This document shows positions 46,246 to 55,566 of a stretch of DNA of 57,867 nucleotides, in pieces. Origin of the DNA: a virus; IMG/VR virus record IMGVR_UViG_3300028534_000013, positions 1 through 57,867 of that record, one strand, 5' to 3'. Under the pieces are notes generated by a model. The model had not been told where the DNA came from. It made no database searches and saw only the letters and a list, made by a program, of their open reading frames with translations. Every line of letters starts with the position of its first letter. The first letter of the stretch is position 1. The position numbers and the translations under genes were made by a program.

Positions 46246-46947
46246 TCAATCCTTAAATAGGCATTCTATAAAAAATTTTGCCCTATCATCAAAGTAAGGC
46301 GTTTTTGTTAACACATTGTTTTTTAAATAATCTTCACCCAATAGTTTTATTATTTTTTCTTTTTCTTTTGAAAAGTGATTATCAAGATAGCATCCGGTAA
46401 AAATACATGTTTTTACGTTAGGGTTTATTTTGTGTAAATAATACACAAGGTCTATTCCGTCCATTGTATATTTTCTTCCGTTTTTTATAACAGATTCTCC
46501 GAATACAATATCTACTATTGCGTAATCAAGAGAACATAATGTTTTGTCGTAATTATCACATGTTTTTTGTATTCTATATGGAGCGTAACTATCTACTATG
46601 GGCCTTATTTCAACGTCTTCATAGCTGAGTTTTACTGAGTCTATAAGTTTCAAAGTTTCAATATCTGCTGATATGTCAACATTTTTAGTTAGTATTCTTT
46701 TTAAATCTTTTAAGACTAACTCTGTTACACCCTTGTTGTCATCAGTTACTAAAATATGCTTCTTGTCATAATCTTTAAACCCGCAAAAATAACTAAGGTC
46801 TTCCCATTTTTTTAGTTTTTCAAACGTTTCTTTTTGAAGCTCTTCTTTAATTTTGGATATTTCAAATATATCTTCTTCTGTTATTTCTGATTTGTTTTTA
46901 TTTGAAAAAATATTAACCAATTTGCTTTTTATGTTTTTAAGGTTCAT
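46246..46947 (-). CDS. Response-regulator receiver protein without output domain
   Basis: ILVTDD, AIVDIVF, MDGIDL, IFTG, LTK. Confidence 0.8.
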   Translation of the reverse strand: MNLKNIKSKLVNIFSNKNKSEITEEDIFEISKIKEELQKETFEKLKKWEDLSYFCGFKDYDKKHILVTDDNKGVTELVLKDLKRILTKNVDISADIETLKLIDSVKLSYEDVEIRPIVDSYAPYRIQKTCDNYDKTLCSLDYAIVDIVFGESVIKNGRKYTMDGIDLVYYLHKINPNVKTCIFTGCYLDNHFSKEKEKIIKLLGEDYLKNNVLTKTPYFDDRAKFFIECLFKD

Positions 46948-47411
46948 TTTGTTCCTTTTACGCTTGAAGTTATGTCTTTTACGGCTTTTGTTGATTGAAT
47001 CATTGCCTTTTCATCTAAATGGTAAAAAATCATTAAACCACCAATTAAAAGTAAAGCACCCAATACTACTGAAAAAGTTATTTTAAACGGAGAATCGGTA
47101 AAAAACTGGTACCATTTTCTTTTTGTGTCTATTTTGTTTTTATCATATAAAATATAAATATATTCTTGTTGTATGTCGATAATGCACCATGTCATTTCAG
47201 AAATTGTGAGTTTTAATTTTTTCTGTTCTGTCTCTATCTTAGAGGCTAAAGTTATTATAAAATCACTAAGTTCTTCTATATTTTTAGCTTTGGTTAAATT
47301 ATAATATGTTTGCAAGTCGCTGCTTGACATAGTGTCATTGTGTAATTCTTTTAAAACATTTTTCAGTTTTTCAATATATTCTTTTAGTTTAGCATCTTTA
47401 GCTGAAGACAT
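46944..47411 (-). CDS. Coiled-coil protein with C-terminal TM helix
   Basis: First gene of TCS-holin operon; ITFSVVLGALLLIGGLMIFY. Confidence 0.7.
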   Translation of the reverse strand: MSSAKDAKLKEYIEKLKNVLKELHNDTMSSSDLQTYYNLTKAKNIEELSDFIITLASKIETEQKKLKLTISEMTWCIIDIQQEYIYILYDKNKIDTKRKWYQFFTDSPFKITFSVVLGALLLIGGLMIFYHLDEKAMIQSTKAVKDITSSVKGTK

Positions 47412-47435
47412 TGTTGGCCTTTGATTTTTTTAACA

Positions 47436-47441
47436 ATTATA
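47436..47441 (-). promoter_or_regulatory. -10 box TATAAT for TCS-holin operon
   Basis: 25 nt upstream of ATG 47411, T-rich upstream. Confidence 0.45.
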
Positions 47442-47495
47442 ATAAATATTTTGAAGGTGCCAAAAAAAATAAAAAAAAGAGCGGAAAAAAAGACG

Positions 47496-47921
47496 TTAGA
47501 AAGGAATCTTATCTTCGTCTATTTTATCGTCATATTCGTAATTATTTTGTTGGTAGCTCGAGTTTTCTTGGTAGCTTTTTTCATTGTTTACACCGTTCTT
47601 ACTCTTTTTTGACATAATTTTTACATCTGATGCAAGAACATACATTTTACTTCTGTTGTTTCCGTTTTTATCTTTCCATGTATCTATTTTTATTTTTCCA
47701 GACAACTCTATCAAATCGCCTTTATCTGCGTAATTGTTGATATAATCTGCGTTATTACCAAGAATTTTAACAGGAATAAACTCCGTTACTTCCTGATAAG
47801 TTCCTTTAACTTTTTCATTATCAGATACGGCTATATTTATTTCAAGAATGCTAAATCCGTTTGTTGTTTTTGTTAATTCTTTTTTGGAAGATATTCTTCC
47901 TGATAGACATACTTTGTTCAT
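47496..47921 (-). CDS. ssb: Single-stranded DNA-binding protein
   Basis: MNKVCLSGR, KGDLI..GKI...WKDKNG, C-terminal DKIPF. Confidence 0.95.
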   Translation of the reverse strand: MNKVCLSGRISSKKELTKTTNGFSILEINIAVSDNEKVKGTYQEVTEFIPVKILGNNADYINNYADKGDLIELSGKIKIDTWKDKNGNNRSKMYVLASDVKIMSKKSKNGVNNEKSYQENSSYQQNNYEYDDKIDEDKIPF

Positions 47922-48313
47922 TTTTGTTCCTTTATTATTTGTTTTAATGTTTTGTCTTTATCGCTTACCAATAATGACAAGCAAGACCATACGTCGCTTA
48001 TTTTAATTAGACTTTCAGCTATACTTAACTCATCTGAAATTAATGATACTAGATTTTTTATAGCCTCTGCTTCAGGATTTGAAAATGATGAGTTTTCGTT
48101 ATAAAAAACATCATATAAAAGAGCCGGGGAATGCGCTCCTTTTACTAAGGTTAATTTTATTACATTAACGAGCATCTTGATTTCATCAAAGTCATCTTCA
48201 GCCATTTTTAAAGCAGCTTCTTTTAACGCTAAAGACGCATACAATTTAAAAGATGATTGGTCAACTTTTGGTTTAATAACTTCAAAAGCGTTAATTAAAT
48301 CATTCATTTCCAA
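47918..48313 (-). CDS. Hypothetical helical protein
   Basis: Coupled between groEL-like gene and ssb. Confidence 0.65.
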   Translation of the reverse strand: MEMNDLINAFEVIKPKVDQSSFKLYASLALKEAALKMAEDDFDEIKMLVNVIKLTLVKGAHSPALLYDVFYNENSSFSNPEAEAIKNLVSLISDELSIAESLIKISDVWSCLSLLVSDKDKTLKQIIKEQK

Positions 48314-49724
48314 CCTCCACGTTTACTATATATGAAATATTATTTAAAAGAATGGCTAATTCTGATGATGATTTTAACACCTCTTCAATTGTTAAAGCCG
48401 AATCGTACACGTTTTTTGCTTTATCAACAGGAAATCCGTTTTTTTCAATCTTATTTCTTATCGCTGAAAAGATTTCAACAAACATGCTTGCGTCAGATGT
48501 TATATCATTAAGTTTTAAGTAACTTTCTCCAGCCCCTGGCATTGCTCCGTATATTTTTGATTTGTAGTAAGAATGCAATGCGTCGTCAACTCTGTCTCTT
48601 ATTTCTTTTGCTTTGTTCTCTATTGACGTTCCTATTATTATCTTTACCACTTCTCTTTCCAGTATTGCCAATATTGCCCTGTACTTAGCAGCTTCATAAT
48701 CGTCTTTTGAATCACGGAGCATTGCTTTGTATTTCTCTATAAGTTTTAAATCTTTTTCGCCTTCTATATCCTCAACAGTTAAATTGTTATCATAAAAAAA
48801 TGCTTTTTTAGGAGGAACAAAATCATCAATATTAACATCTGACAAATATGCTCCATAATCAATTCCGCTAATTGGAGCATTTAAAGATGATGATAATATT
48901 TTAACAATGTCAACATTTTTCATAGTATCATCACCTCCCACAACAACAGGCAATATATTCATTACACCTTGAAGGTGATTTATGGATAAAACGCCTATTG
49001 CGTCATCACTGAATCCATTTGAAATAATGATTAAATTTTTATATCCATATTCTCTTGCTTTCTCAAGAAGCTCAACGCACTCTCTTTCAGTTTCAACGGT
49101 CCCAGCATTGCATACTATCAATGGAGAAGACATTTTGATTTTGCTTTGATTTTCAAATACTTCAGCAGCCGTTTTACACCTTATTAATACGCCATTTATT
49201 ATTTCAACTTTTGATTTTGAGTTAAGCTTTGTTTCAACAACTATATTATCTGATGTTGATAATTTTAGGGCCGAATTAATTAAATTGGCTAAATTTTTGT
49301 CTCCTGATACGGCAGTAAGAACAATTTTATCTTTGATTTTATCAATATCTTTTATTTTGATTTTATCAATCTTATTAACCATTTCTTCTATTTTTGAAGA
49401 TAACTGTTCTTCTGTAATTTGATTGTTTTTTAACGCATTTAACATTTTTTCAGCCAATACAATCGTTGATGTGGTTCCGTCCCCAGCTCTCCTTAATACA
49501 GATTCTGAAGCTTCTTTTATAACTGTTACCACATTGTTTACATACGGGTTGTTGCTTTTTATAAGCCTTAAACATGAAACACCGTCTTTTGTTGTATGAA
49601 CATTGTGTTCATTTCCTATTACAACGTATTTCCCTGATGGCCCTAAAGTCTCAGAAACGAATCCGCTTATGTCTGACAAAATTTTTTCTATTGCAGTTGG
49701 TTTTGCAAAATTGTACATTTCCAT
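48300..49724 (-). CDS. groEL: Divergent GroEL-like chaperonin
   Basis: TLGPSG, TKDGVS, AGDGTTS, DRVDDAL, PGAG; 474 aa, no GGM tail. Confidence 0.85.
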   Translation of the reverse strand: MEMYNFAKPTAIEKILSDISGFVSETLGPSGKYVVIGNEHNVHTTKDGVSCLRLIKSNNPYVNNVVTVIKEASESVLRRAGDGTTSTIVLAEKMLNALKNNQITEEQLSSKIEEMVNKIDKIKIKDIDKIKDKIVLTAVSGDKNLANLINSALKLSTSDNIVVETKLNSKSKVEIINGVLIRCKTAAEVFENQSKIKMSSPLIVCNAGTVETERECVELLEKAREYGYKNLIIISNGFSDDAIGVLSINHLQGVMNILPVVVGGDDTMKNVDIVKILSSSLNAPISGIDYGAYLSDVNIDDFVPPKKAFFYDNNLTVEDIEGEKDLKLIEKYKAMLRDSKDDYEAAKYRAILAILEREVVKIIIGTSIENKAKEIRDRVDDALHSYYKSKIYGAMPGAGESYLKLNDITSDASMFVEIFSAIRNKIEKNGFPVDKAKNVYDSALTIEEVLKSSSELAILLNNISYIVNVEVGNE

Positions 49725-51208
49725 TAAATGCTCCTTATTTGGTTTATGAGTGTTTTTTTGTCAGAATACGAAACAGAAGATTGTTTTATCTGGTTTATTT
49801 TTTTAAGTTTTAAGCTTTCAATTACGCCTTCATACATTTCATTAAATTCTTCATCTCCTATTATGTCGCATTCTAATTTTTTAATCATTTTTTCATTTAT
49901 ATCCATACCTGTCAGCATCGAAAGTTTTTCTATTTCTTTTTGAAGCCCGTTTATAAGGCAATATTTGATTACCATACATTCTTCTATGGTAATGTTTGAT
50001 GTTTTCTTTTTTTTAAAAACAGATGTATCTCCATTTGTTTTAGCAATATATCTTTCAATTATCTCTTCTTGTATTGGGTATGGGTATTTGTCTATTGTTG
50101 CTTTTAGCTCCTCTAGGCCTTTTATTTTTTTTTCAGTGTTTCCACTAAGTAAATACTCAACTACAAACGCAGTCCCTGACATATTGTTTTTTATTCTTTT
50201 TAAGAACTCATTAATGCCGTATCTTGAGACAATATCTGCCGGGTCATTTTCTTTTAAGAATGTTACCTTTGGTATTACTCCGTTTTGCAGCATTATATTA
50301 GTTGCTTTATATGCAGCGTTATATCCGGCTCTATCTCCATCGTAGCAAATTAATATACTTTTGTCTTTTATGTGGTTTAATTGCATTTTAGTAAATGCCG
50401 TTCCTTGGCTTGCTACAGCAATATCAAAACCGTTTTGATGCAGAAGTATAACATCTATCTGACCTTCCACCAGGATTATTTTTTTTCTTTTCTTGTCTAC
50501 AAAATTTAGGCCATACAGAATATTTCCTTTTTTGAAATAATCACTTTCTGGCGAATTAACATATTTTGATTTGCTTTTCCCAGTGATGTCTCTTCCTGAA
50601 AATCCAACTATAGTTCCAAACTTATTAAAAATAGGAAACATTACTCTGTTGTAAAATTTTGGGTAATATTCGTCTTTTTCTTTATCATATCCGAGAATCT
50701 TTAATTTTAAAAACTCTTTTACATATGATGTGTTAAGCATGAAGTTCAACATTTCATTATATGAAGGAGCATAGCCTATTCCAAATTTTTCTATGCTGTG
50801 GTCGTTTATTCCTCTTGAATAAACGTATTTTTTAACCTCTTTGTTTAGGCTTTTTTTAAAAAAATGCTGAATGGAATCAATTGCATTGGAATATAGCATC
50901 ATGTCTTCGTCTGAATCTTCGTATTCTACCTCTATTCTTAATATTTCTGCACCCCTTTTAACCGCATCAGGGAAAGTTAAACTTTCATATTCCATAATAA
51001 AGCTTATAGGACCTTTTCCGCCTTTACCGCTTGAAAAATCTTTCCAAATTCCTTTACTGGGAGATACTGTAAACGAAGCTGTCTTTTCAGAGTTAAATGG
51101 AGAAAACCCAACATATAGGCTTCCTCTTTTTTTAAGGTCTACATAGCTACTTATTATCTCCACCAGATACTGGTCCACCATTTCTATCGTTGTTTGTTTT
51201 ATTCTCAT
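49724..51208 (-). CDS. dnaG: DNA primase DnaG
   Basis: RVMFPI..GFSGR, KYVNSPE, VEGQIDV, CYDGDRAG, DPAD. Confidence 0.95.
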   Translation of the reverse strand: MRIKQTTIEMVDQYLVEIISSYVDLKKRGSLYVGFSPFNSEKTASFTVSPSKGIWKDFSSGKGGKGPISFIMEYESLTFPDAVKRGAEILRIEVEYEDSDEDMMLYSNAIDSIQHFFKKSLNKEVKKYVYSRGINDHSIEKFGIGYAPSYNEMLNFMLNTSYVKEFLKLKILGYDKEKDEYYPKFYNRVMFPIFNKFGTIVGFSGRDITGKSKSKYVNSPESDYFKKGNILYGLNFVDKKRKKIILVEGQIDVILLHQNGFDIAVASQGTAFTKMQLNHIKDKSILICYDGDRAGYNAAYKATNIMLQNGVIPKVTFLKENDPADIVSRYGINEFLKRIKNNMSGTAFVVEYLLSGNTEKKIKGLEELKATIDKYPYPIQEEIIERYIAKTNGDTSVFKKKKTSNITIEECMVIKYCLINGLQKEIEKLSMLTGMDINEKMIKKLECDIIGDEEFNEMYEGVIESLKLKKINQIKQSSVSYSDKKTLINQIRSI

Positions 51209-51653
51209 CCCTTACTCCAATTGTTTTATTAGCTAAAGATATTTCAAGGTCTTTAACCATTGATTTAACTATTTCTTCAGCTTTTGTTTTATCGTCTTTT
51301 GCAGCAGCTTTTGCAACCATTGATAAAATAAATGCAACATCAGAGTTGTCAAGCTCTTTGTTTATCTTGAATTGTCCGTTTTCTTCTTTTACTATTTCAA
51401 GTCCGTCTATTTTGTTTACTTTTTCTTCGTTTGCGTCTTTTGTTTCAAGAAAATTTTTAAACGTATTTAAAAAGCTTTTATGTTCTTTGTCTATCGCCAC
51501 AATTAGAGGGTCTGAACTTTTTAGGCAATTTTCAACACCTTTTATTAAGCAGTTATTTACAAAAACGCTCATAAAAAGAACATAAGCATCGTTGATAGTT
51601 AAATCTCCGTTTAGTCTTATACCTTTTTCTTCTTTTGTCATTGTTAATTTCAT
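51147..51653 (-). CDS. Hypothetical protein
   Basis: AAGGAG RBS. Confidence 0.65.
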   Translation of the reverse strand: MKLTMTKEEKGIRLNGDLTINDAYVLFMSVFVNNCLIKGVENCLKSSDPLIVAIDKEHKSFLNTFKNFLETKDANEEKVNKIDGLEIVKEENGQFKINKELDNSDVAFILSMVAKAAAKDDKTKAEEIVKSMVKDLEISLANKTIGVRDENKTNNDRNGGPVSGGDNK

Positions 51654-51674
51654 TTGTTCTCCTTGTATTTTTAA

Positions 51675-51797
51675 TTAATTTTTGTGGCCACCATGAATAA
51701 TCCACAATATGCATCCCCAGATAAATGCAAAAACATATTCTACACCAAAAAAGATAAATCTAATTATAGCAAGAAAAATCTCAAAAATAATACCCAT
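51675..51797 (-). CDS. 40-aa hydrophobic peptide
   Basis: Below cutoff; MGIIFEIFLAIIRFIFFGVEYVFAFIWGCILWIIHGGHKN, TAATG-coupled. Confidence 0.55.
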   Translation of the reverse strand: MGIIFEIFLAIIRFIFFGVEYVFAFIWGCILWIIHGGHKN

Positions 51798-52249
51798 TAT
51801 TCGTCCTTTTTATGATATTTCTTTTTCATAGGAGGGTTTTTTTTAGTTATTTTATCTAAGAATCTTTCCATTGACTCTTCATTCATTAAAGCAGCCCATT
51901 TTTCAAACTTTTTAACATCAAGCAATAACGTCTGCTGCCCTTTTTTTATTTCATCAGCCATCACTATGATGCTGTTTTTTAGCCCTTCTATAACGTCTCC
52001 CGCCAACTCTTCGAATGTTAATATTTCATCAACATCGGATGATTTTAGCTCAGAAGCGTTTACATATTTTAAATACGAAACAGTATTTTTAGCCTTAATC
52101 AACGAAGCTAAAGCTTTAACAAGCTCTAAGTTTAATTCTTGTTTAGTCAAAAATTTAGAGGCAATTGAAATTTCTTTCTTTAAATCGTCAATTGCTTCAG
52201 AAAGGGTTTTGTTTTCATTTAATATTTGCTCCATTTCTTTTTTAAGCAT
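51797..52249 (-). CDS. Hypothetical protein
   Basis: AAGGA RBS, TGATATAAT upstream. Confidence 0.7.
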   Translation of the reverse strand: MLKKEMEQILNENKTLSEAIDDLKKEISIASKFLTKQELNLELVKALASLIKAKNTVSYLKYVNASELKSSDVDEILTFEELAGDVIEGLKNSIIVMADEIKKGQQTLLLDVKKFEKWAALMNEESMERFLDKITKKNPPMKKKYHKKDE

Positions 52250-52279
52250 TGTTTATCCTTTTTTATAATTATATCAATT

Positions 52280-52537
52280 TTACTGATTATTCAGTAGTTC
52301 TATGGTTTTATCCAAAGAACCGCTTTTAATATCAGAAACAATTCTAACCAATATTTCTTTTTTATTATTAGTAAAAGATATTGGCTCTATAACATGCCCT
52401 TTGTATTTGAACTTTATTGATGTAAACGTTTCGTATTCACATACAGACAAAGCTTCAATGTTGTCTGTTCTTGTTTGTTTCTTTATCCACTCTTCAATTT
52501 CTTTTTTCTTTTCGTCTGTTAAAATTTTTTCAGTCAT
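52280..52537 (-). CDS. Hypothetical protein
   Basis: Coupled to upstream gene. Confidence 0.65.
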   Translation of the reverse strand: MTEKILTDEKKKEIEEWIKKQTRTDNIEALSVCEYETFTSIKFKYKGHVIEPISFTNNKKEILVRIVSDIKSGSLDKTIELLNNQ

Positions 52538-53201
52538 CGATTAATTCAATTCCTCCATTTCTTATTAAAGCTGCAACGTCATTTTTGGGTAAATCCACCT
52601 TTACGAGAGAATTGTTTTCTTTAATGGCAAACAATGTGTTATCGCCAAACAAATATCCGTTCCAAACGTTTCCCTGTTTGTCTTTTACTCTTACAAGAGA
52701 AGGAGCATAATCTTCATACACTTCTTGGCTTATGAAAGTTTTTAAATGCTTCATATATGTTGTATCTCCTATATCTTCACGATACAAATCTATAATATGA
52801 ATTGCTATTTCTGGTCTTATTTTAGACAATTTTGATTTTTTCCATTTTTCAAAAGCATCCTTTTTAGACCCAGGATTGTGTTTGTTTTCGTTGTAGTGCT
52901 TCCATATCTTTTCAAAAGATTCGGGATATTTGTTTTTTAAGCTAGGGACCTCTACGCCGTCTATATTTTCAACGTTTATTTTTGTTAAATGGATTTTTCC
53001 GTTCCCCTTGACCTCTATGATGTTTGTTTCTTTTAACTCAGAAAAAACTTTTTTTTTCTTGGAATCATTCCAAAAAAACACATCAACATCGTTTATTGTG
53101 GGAAATTCTTTTTCTGACTCTATTATCTTTTGATACAAAATAGCACATTCAACCCCTATTTTTTTAGCTAAAACTCCATCAAAAACAATAGGTTTTTTCA
53201 T
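52530..53201 (-). CDS. Putative phage replication initiator / replisome organiser
   Basis: N-terminal wHTH-like segment; FEKIWKHY..GSKKDAFEKW..YMKHLKTFI; next to dnaB. Confidence 0.6.
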   Translation of the reverse strand: MKKPIVFDGVLAKKIGVECAILYQKIIESEKEFPTINDVDVFFWNDSKKKKVFSELKETNIIEVKGNGKIHLTKINVENIDGVEVPSLKNKYPESFEKIWKHYNENKHNPGSKKDAFEKWKKSKLSKIRPEIAIHIIDLYREDIGDTTYMKHLKTFISQEVYEDYAPSLVRVKDKQGNVWNGYLFGDNTLFAIKENNSLVKVDLPKNDVAALIRNGGIELIDD

Positions 53202-53211
53202 TTTTTACTCC

Positions 53212-54540
53212 TTACACTTCTGGTATAGCATCCAAATCTATACTGCTCATATCTATTGATGGTGACATTTCTATCACCTGAGCAGTTTCATCATCTCCAA
53301 CCCTTACGTATTTTCCGTTAAACCATGTTTCGCATACCCCTGTCGAACCGTCTCTTTGTTTTAAAATAATGAGCTCCATTTTTGATGGGTTAGGCTCTTC
53401 TTTTTCTTTTCCGTCTTTAACAAGGTAATATGCTTCCCTATAAAGACCGATAATGGTGTCGGCATCTTCTTCTATACTTCCTGATTCTCTTAAATCAGAT
53501 AATGTTGGCCTTCTGTTCGGTCTATTTTCTATAGACCTGTTTAATTGTGATAGCAGCCATATTTTAGCTCCGGTTGTTTTTGCTACTTTTTTTAATTTTT
53601 TTGTTATGTATCCAACTTTGTGATGTGTGCTTGAAAAATCCTCATCGACTGTTATCCAGCCTAAGTGGTCAATAAAAAAATCTTCAATTTCCGGATTAGA
53701 CATTCGTATTTTAGTAATCATATTACAAATACTGGTGATATTGTTAACACTATCAATGACATTAAACCATTTATCCAAAGATATAAGTTTTTTCTTTGCT
53801 TCAAGATATTTGTTGTAATCAGTGAGCCTTCCTTTTATTATTTCGTTTATAGGAACTTCTCCTATGTTTGATAAAGCTCTAGCAGTAATTTTTTCTTCTG
53901 GCATTTCAAGCGAAAATATAACGCTTCCTTTTTTTAATTTAGCTTTATTTAAAGCCACTGACACAATAAACCCTGTTTTACCCATTGACGGTCTAGCACC
54001 TACAACTATCAAGTCACCAGGAGAAGTAACCAATCTGTTATCAAGAGAAGGTATTCCGGTTACACTTACATTGTTTCTTATTTCTTCCATTTGTCTTTCT
54101 AAGCTTTCTATTTGTTGTTCTACCGTATTGATTGTTACATTTTCAGATGGAATCTCAACATTTGACAGCTCCGAATTTACATCTATTTTTTCTCCGTTTT
54201 TTATTTTTTCAAGCATTAAAGACAATTTAGCTGTTAATTGTCTATTGTAGTAAGCTTCCTGGATGTTTTTCAGATGTATAGGCATCGTTTTATCAGTAGC
54301 TACAACTCCGAGCAAAACATCTTGAACTTCAGTGTTGTTGTCAGGAAAGTACGACATTATAATATCGTCGCTAATATCCTCTTTCCTGAAAAACAAATCA
54401 AATACAATGTCATATATTTGCTGATGGATAGTTAAGAAAAAATGTTTCTTGTTGATGTCTGCTATATATTTTTCTCTTAATTTTTTTACTTTTATTAAAG
54501 TGGAAAGTATTATTTTTTCCGAAGGTATATTGCTTAACAT
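53212..54540 (-). CDS. dnaB: Replicative DNA helicase DnaB
   Basis: GARPSMGKT, FSLEM, IDHL, LSQLNR, RPTLSDLRESGSIEEDAD, KQRDG. Confidence 0.97.
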   Translation of the reverse strand: MLSNIPSEKIILSTLIKVKKLREKYIADINKKHFFLTIHQQIYDIVFDLFFRKEDISDDIIMSYFPDNNTEVQDVLLGVVATDKTMPIHLKNIQEAYYNRQLTAKLSLMLEKIKNGEKIDVNSELSNVEIPSENVTINTVEQQIESLERQMEEIRNNVSVTGIPSLDNRLVTSPGDLIVVGARPSMGKTGFIVSVALNKAKLKKGSVIFSLEMPEEKITARALSNIGEVPINEIIKGRLTDYNKYLEAKKKLISLDKWFNVIDSVNNITSICNMITKIRMSNPEIEDFFIDHLGWITVDEDFSSTHHKVGYITKKLKKVAKTTGAKIWLLSQLNRSIENRPNRRPTLSDLRESGSIEEDADTIIGLYREAYYLVKDGKEKEEPNPSKMELIILKQRDGSTGVCETWFNGKYVRVGDDETAQVIEMSPSIDMSSIDLDAIPEV

Positions 54541-54556
54541 TTACATCTCCTTCTGC

Positions 54557-55552
54557 TTACCCTTCAAACCCAACCTCTTCTTCAATATTATATTTATACC
54601 AATTAGGCAGAGATATAACTTGAAAAGGTGTTTTCTTTTTGTTTTCAAAATTCATTTCATATCCAAACCAATCTCCAGTCTCAGTACAATATGAATATTG
54701 TTCTAAAACTTTTTTGGCAATTTTGTCGGTGTAATATGTGATGTCTTCGGGGGATATGACCAACCCGTTAACAAGATACGGTCTTGTTTTTTCAACAGCT
54801 ACAAAGCCGAACATTTTTTTAGCGTCTCCACCCAATTCGCATATTCTTAAATATAACCAATTTTGTAAATCGTATCCAAATTTTGCACTTGTCACTGAAA
54901 AATCGTTTGCGTTAGCCGAAGTGGTTGTTTTTAAATCCAAAACTTTATCATTAGTGTCGGCATCCACTTTAACTCTTAATACGCATTTATACTCATCATC
55001 CCAAACAAACATTGCTCTTTCGTTGTGTCCACTTCTTAACAAGTGTAGAAAATTGTAATGATTTTTTAACGATTCAGCCATTCCTTCAATATCTTTAAAT
55101 ACAGTGTCTTTTATTAATTCTCTGCCTTTTGCGTCTTCGGCATATTTTTTATAAGCAGCACTGTTTTTTCTTACATCGCCTGGATACACGAAATATTCGC
55201 TGTGGAATTCGTCAGGTTCTAAAACATATTTATGGAAAGCTCTACCGAAAACAAGAGCGTCTCTGTTTTGTTTTTCAGGATAATCTTTTAAAGCTCTATA
55301 TTTTGCCGGGGTATTATGGTAGATTGATTTCATCCCTGACGAACTTAGCCCTGGAGTTAGTGGATTGTGATATAAATAATCCTCAAGCTTAATCCATTCC
55401 CCAAGAGGTATTCCAAGTGTTTCAAGTTGTTCTTTTTCGTCCATTAAATCCCATTCAATAGGGTCTATACTTAGCAATTCCAACATAGAATCCTTATCGT
55501 TGTTTTGATACACCTCGTCAAATGTTAATTCTGTAAATTTTTTAGCAGCCAT
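54557..55552 (-). CDS. recE: RecE-like exonuclease (DUF3799, PD-(D/E)XK)
   Basis: LSSSG, FGRAFH.YVLEP, KVD, DLKTT, GYDLQ..LY, AVEK..PY. Confidence 0.85.
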   Translation of the reverse strand: MAAKKFTELTFDEVYQNNDKDSMLELLSIDPIEWDLMDEKEQLETLGIPLGEWIKLEDYLYHNPLTPGLSSSGMKSIYHNTPAKYRALKDYPEKQNRDALVFGRAFHKYVLEPDEFHSEYFVYPGDVRKNSAAYKKYAEDAKGRELIKDTVFKDIEGMAESLKNHYNFLHLLRSGHNERAMFVWDDEYKCVLRVKVDADTNDKVLDLKTTTSANANDFSVTSAKFGYDLQNWLYLRICELGGDAKKMFGFVAVEKTRPYLVNGLVISPEDITYYTDKIAKKVLEQYSYCTETGDWFGYEMNFENKKKTPFQVISLPNWYKYNIEEEVGFEG

Positions 55553-55566
55553 TTCTTTCTCCTTAA

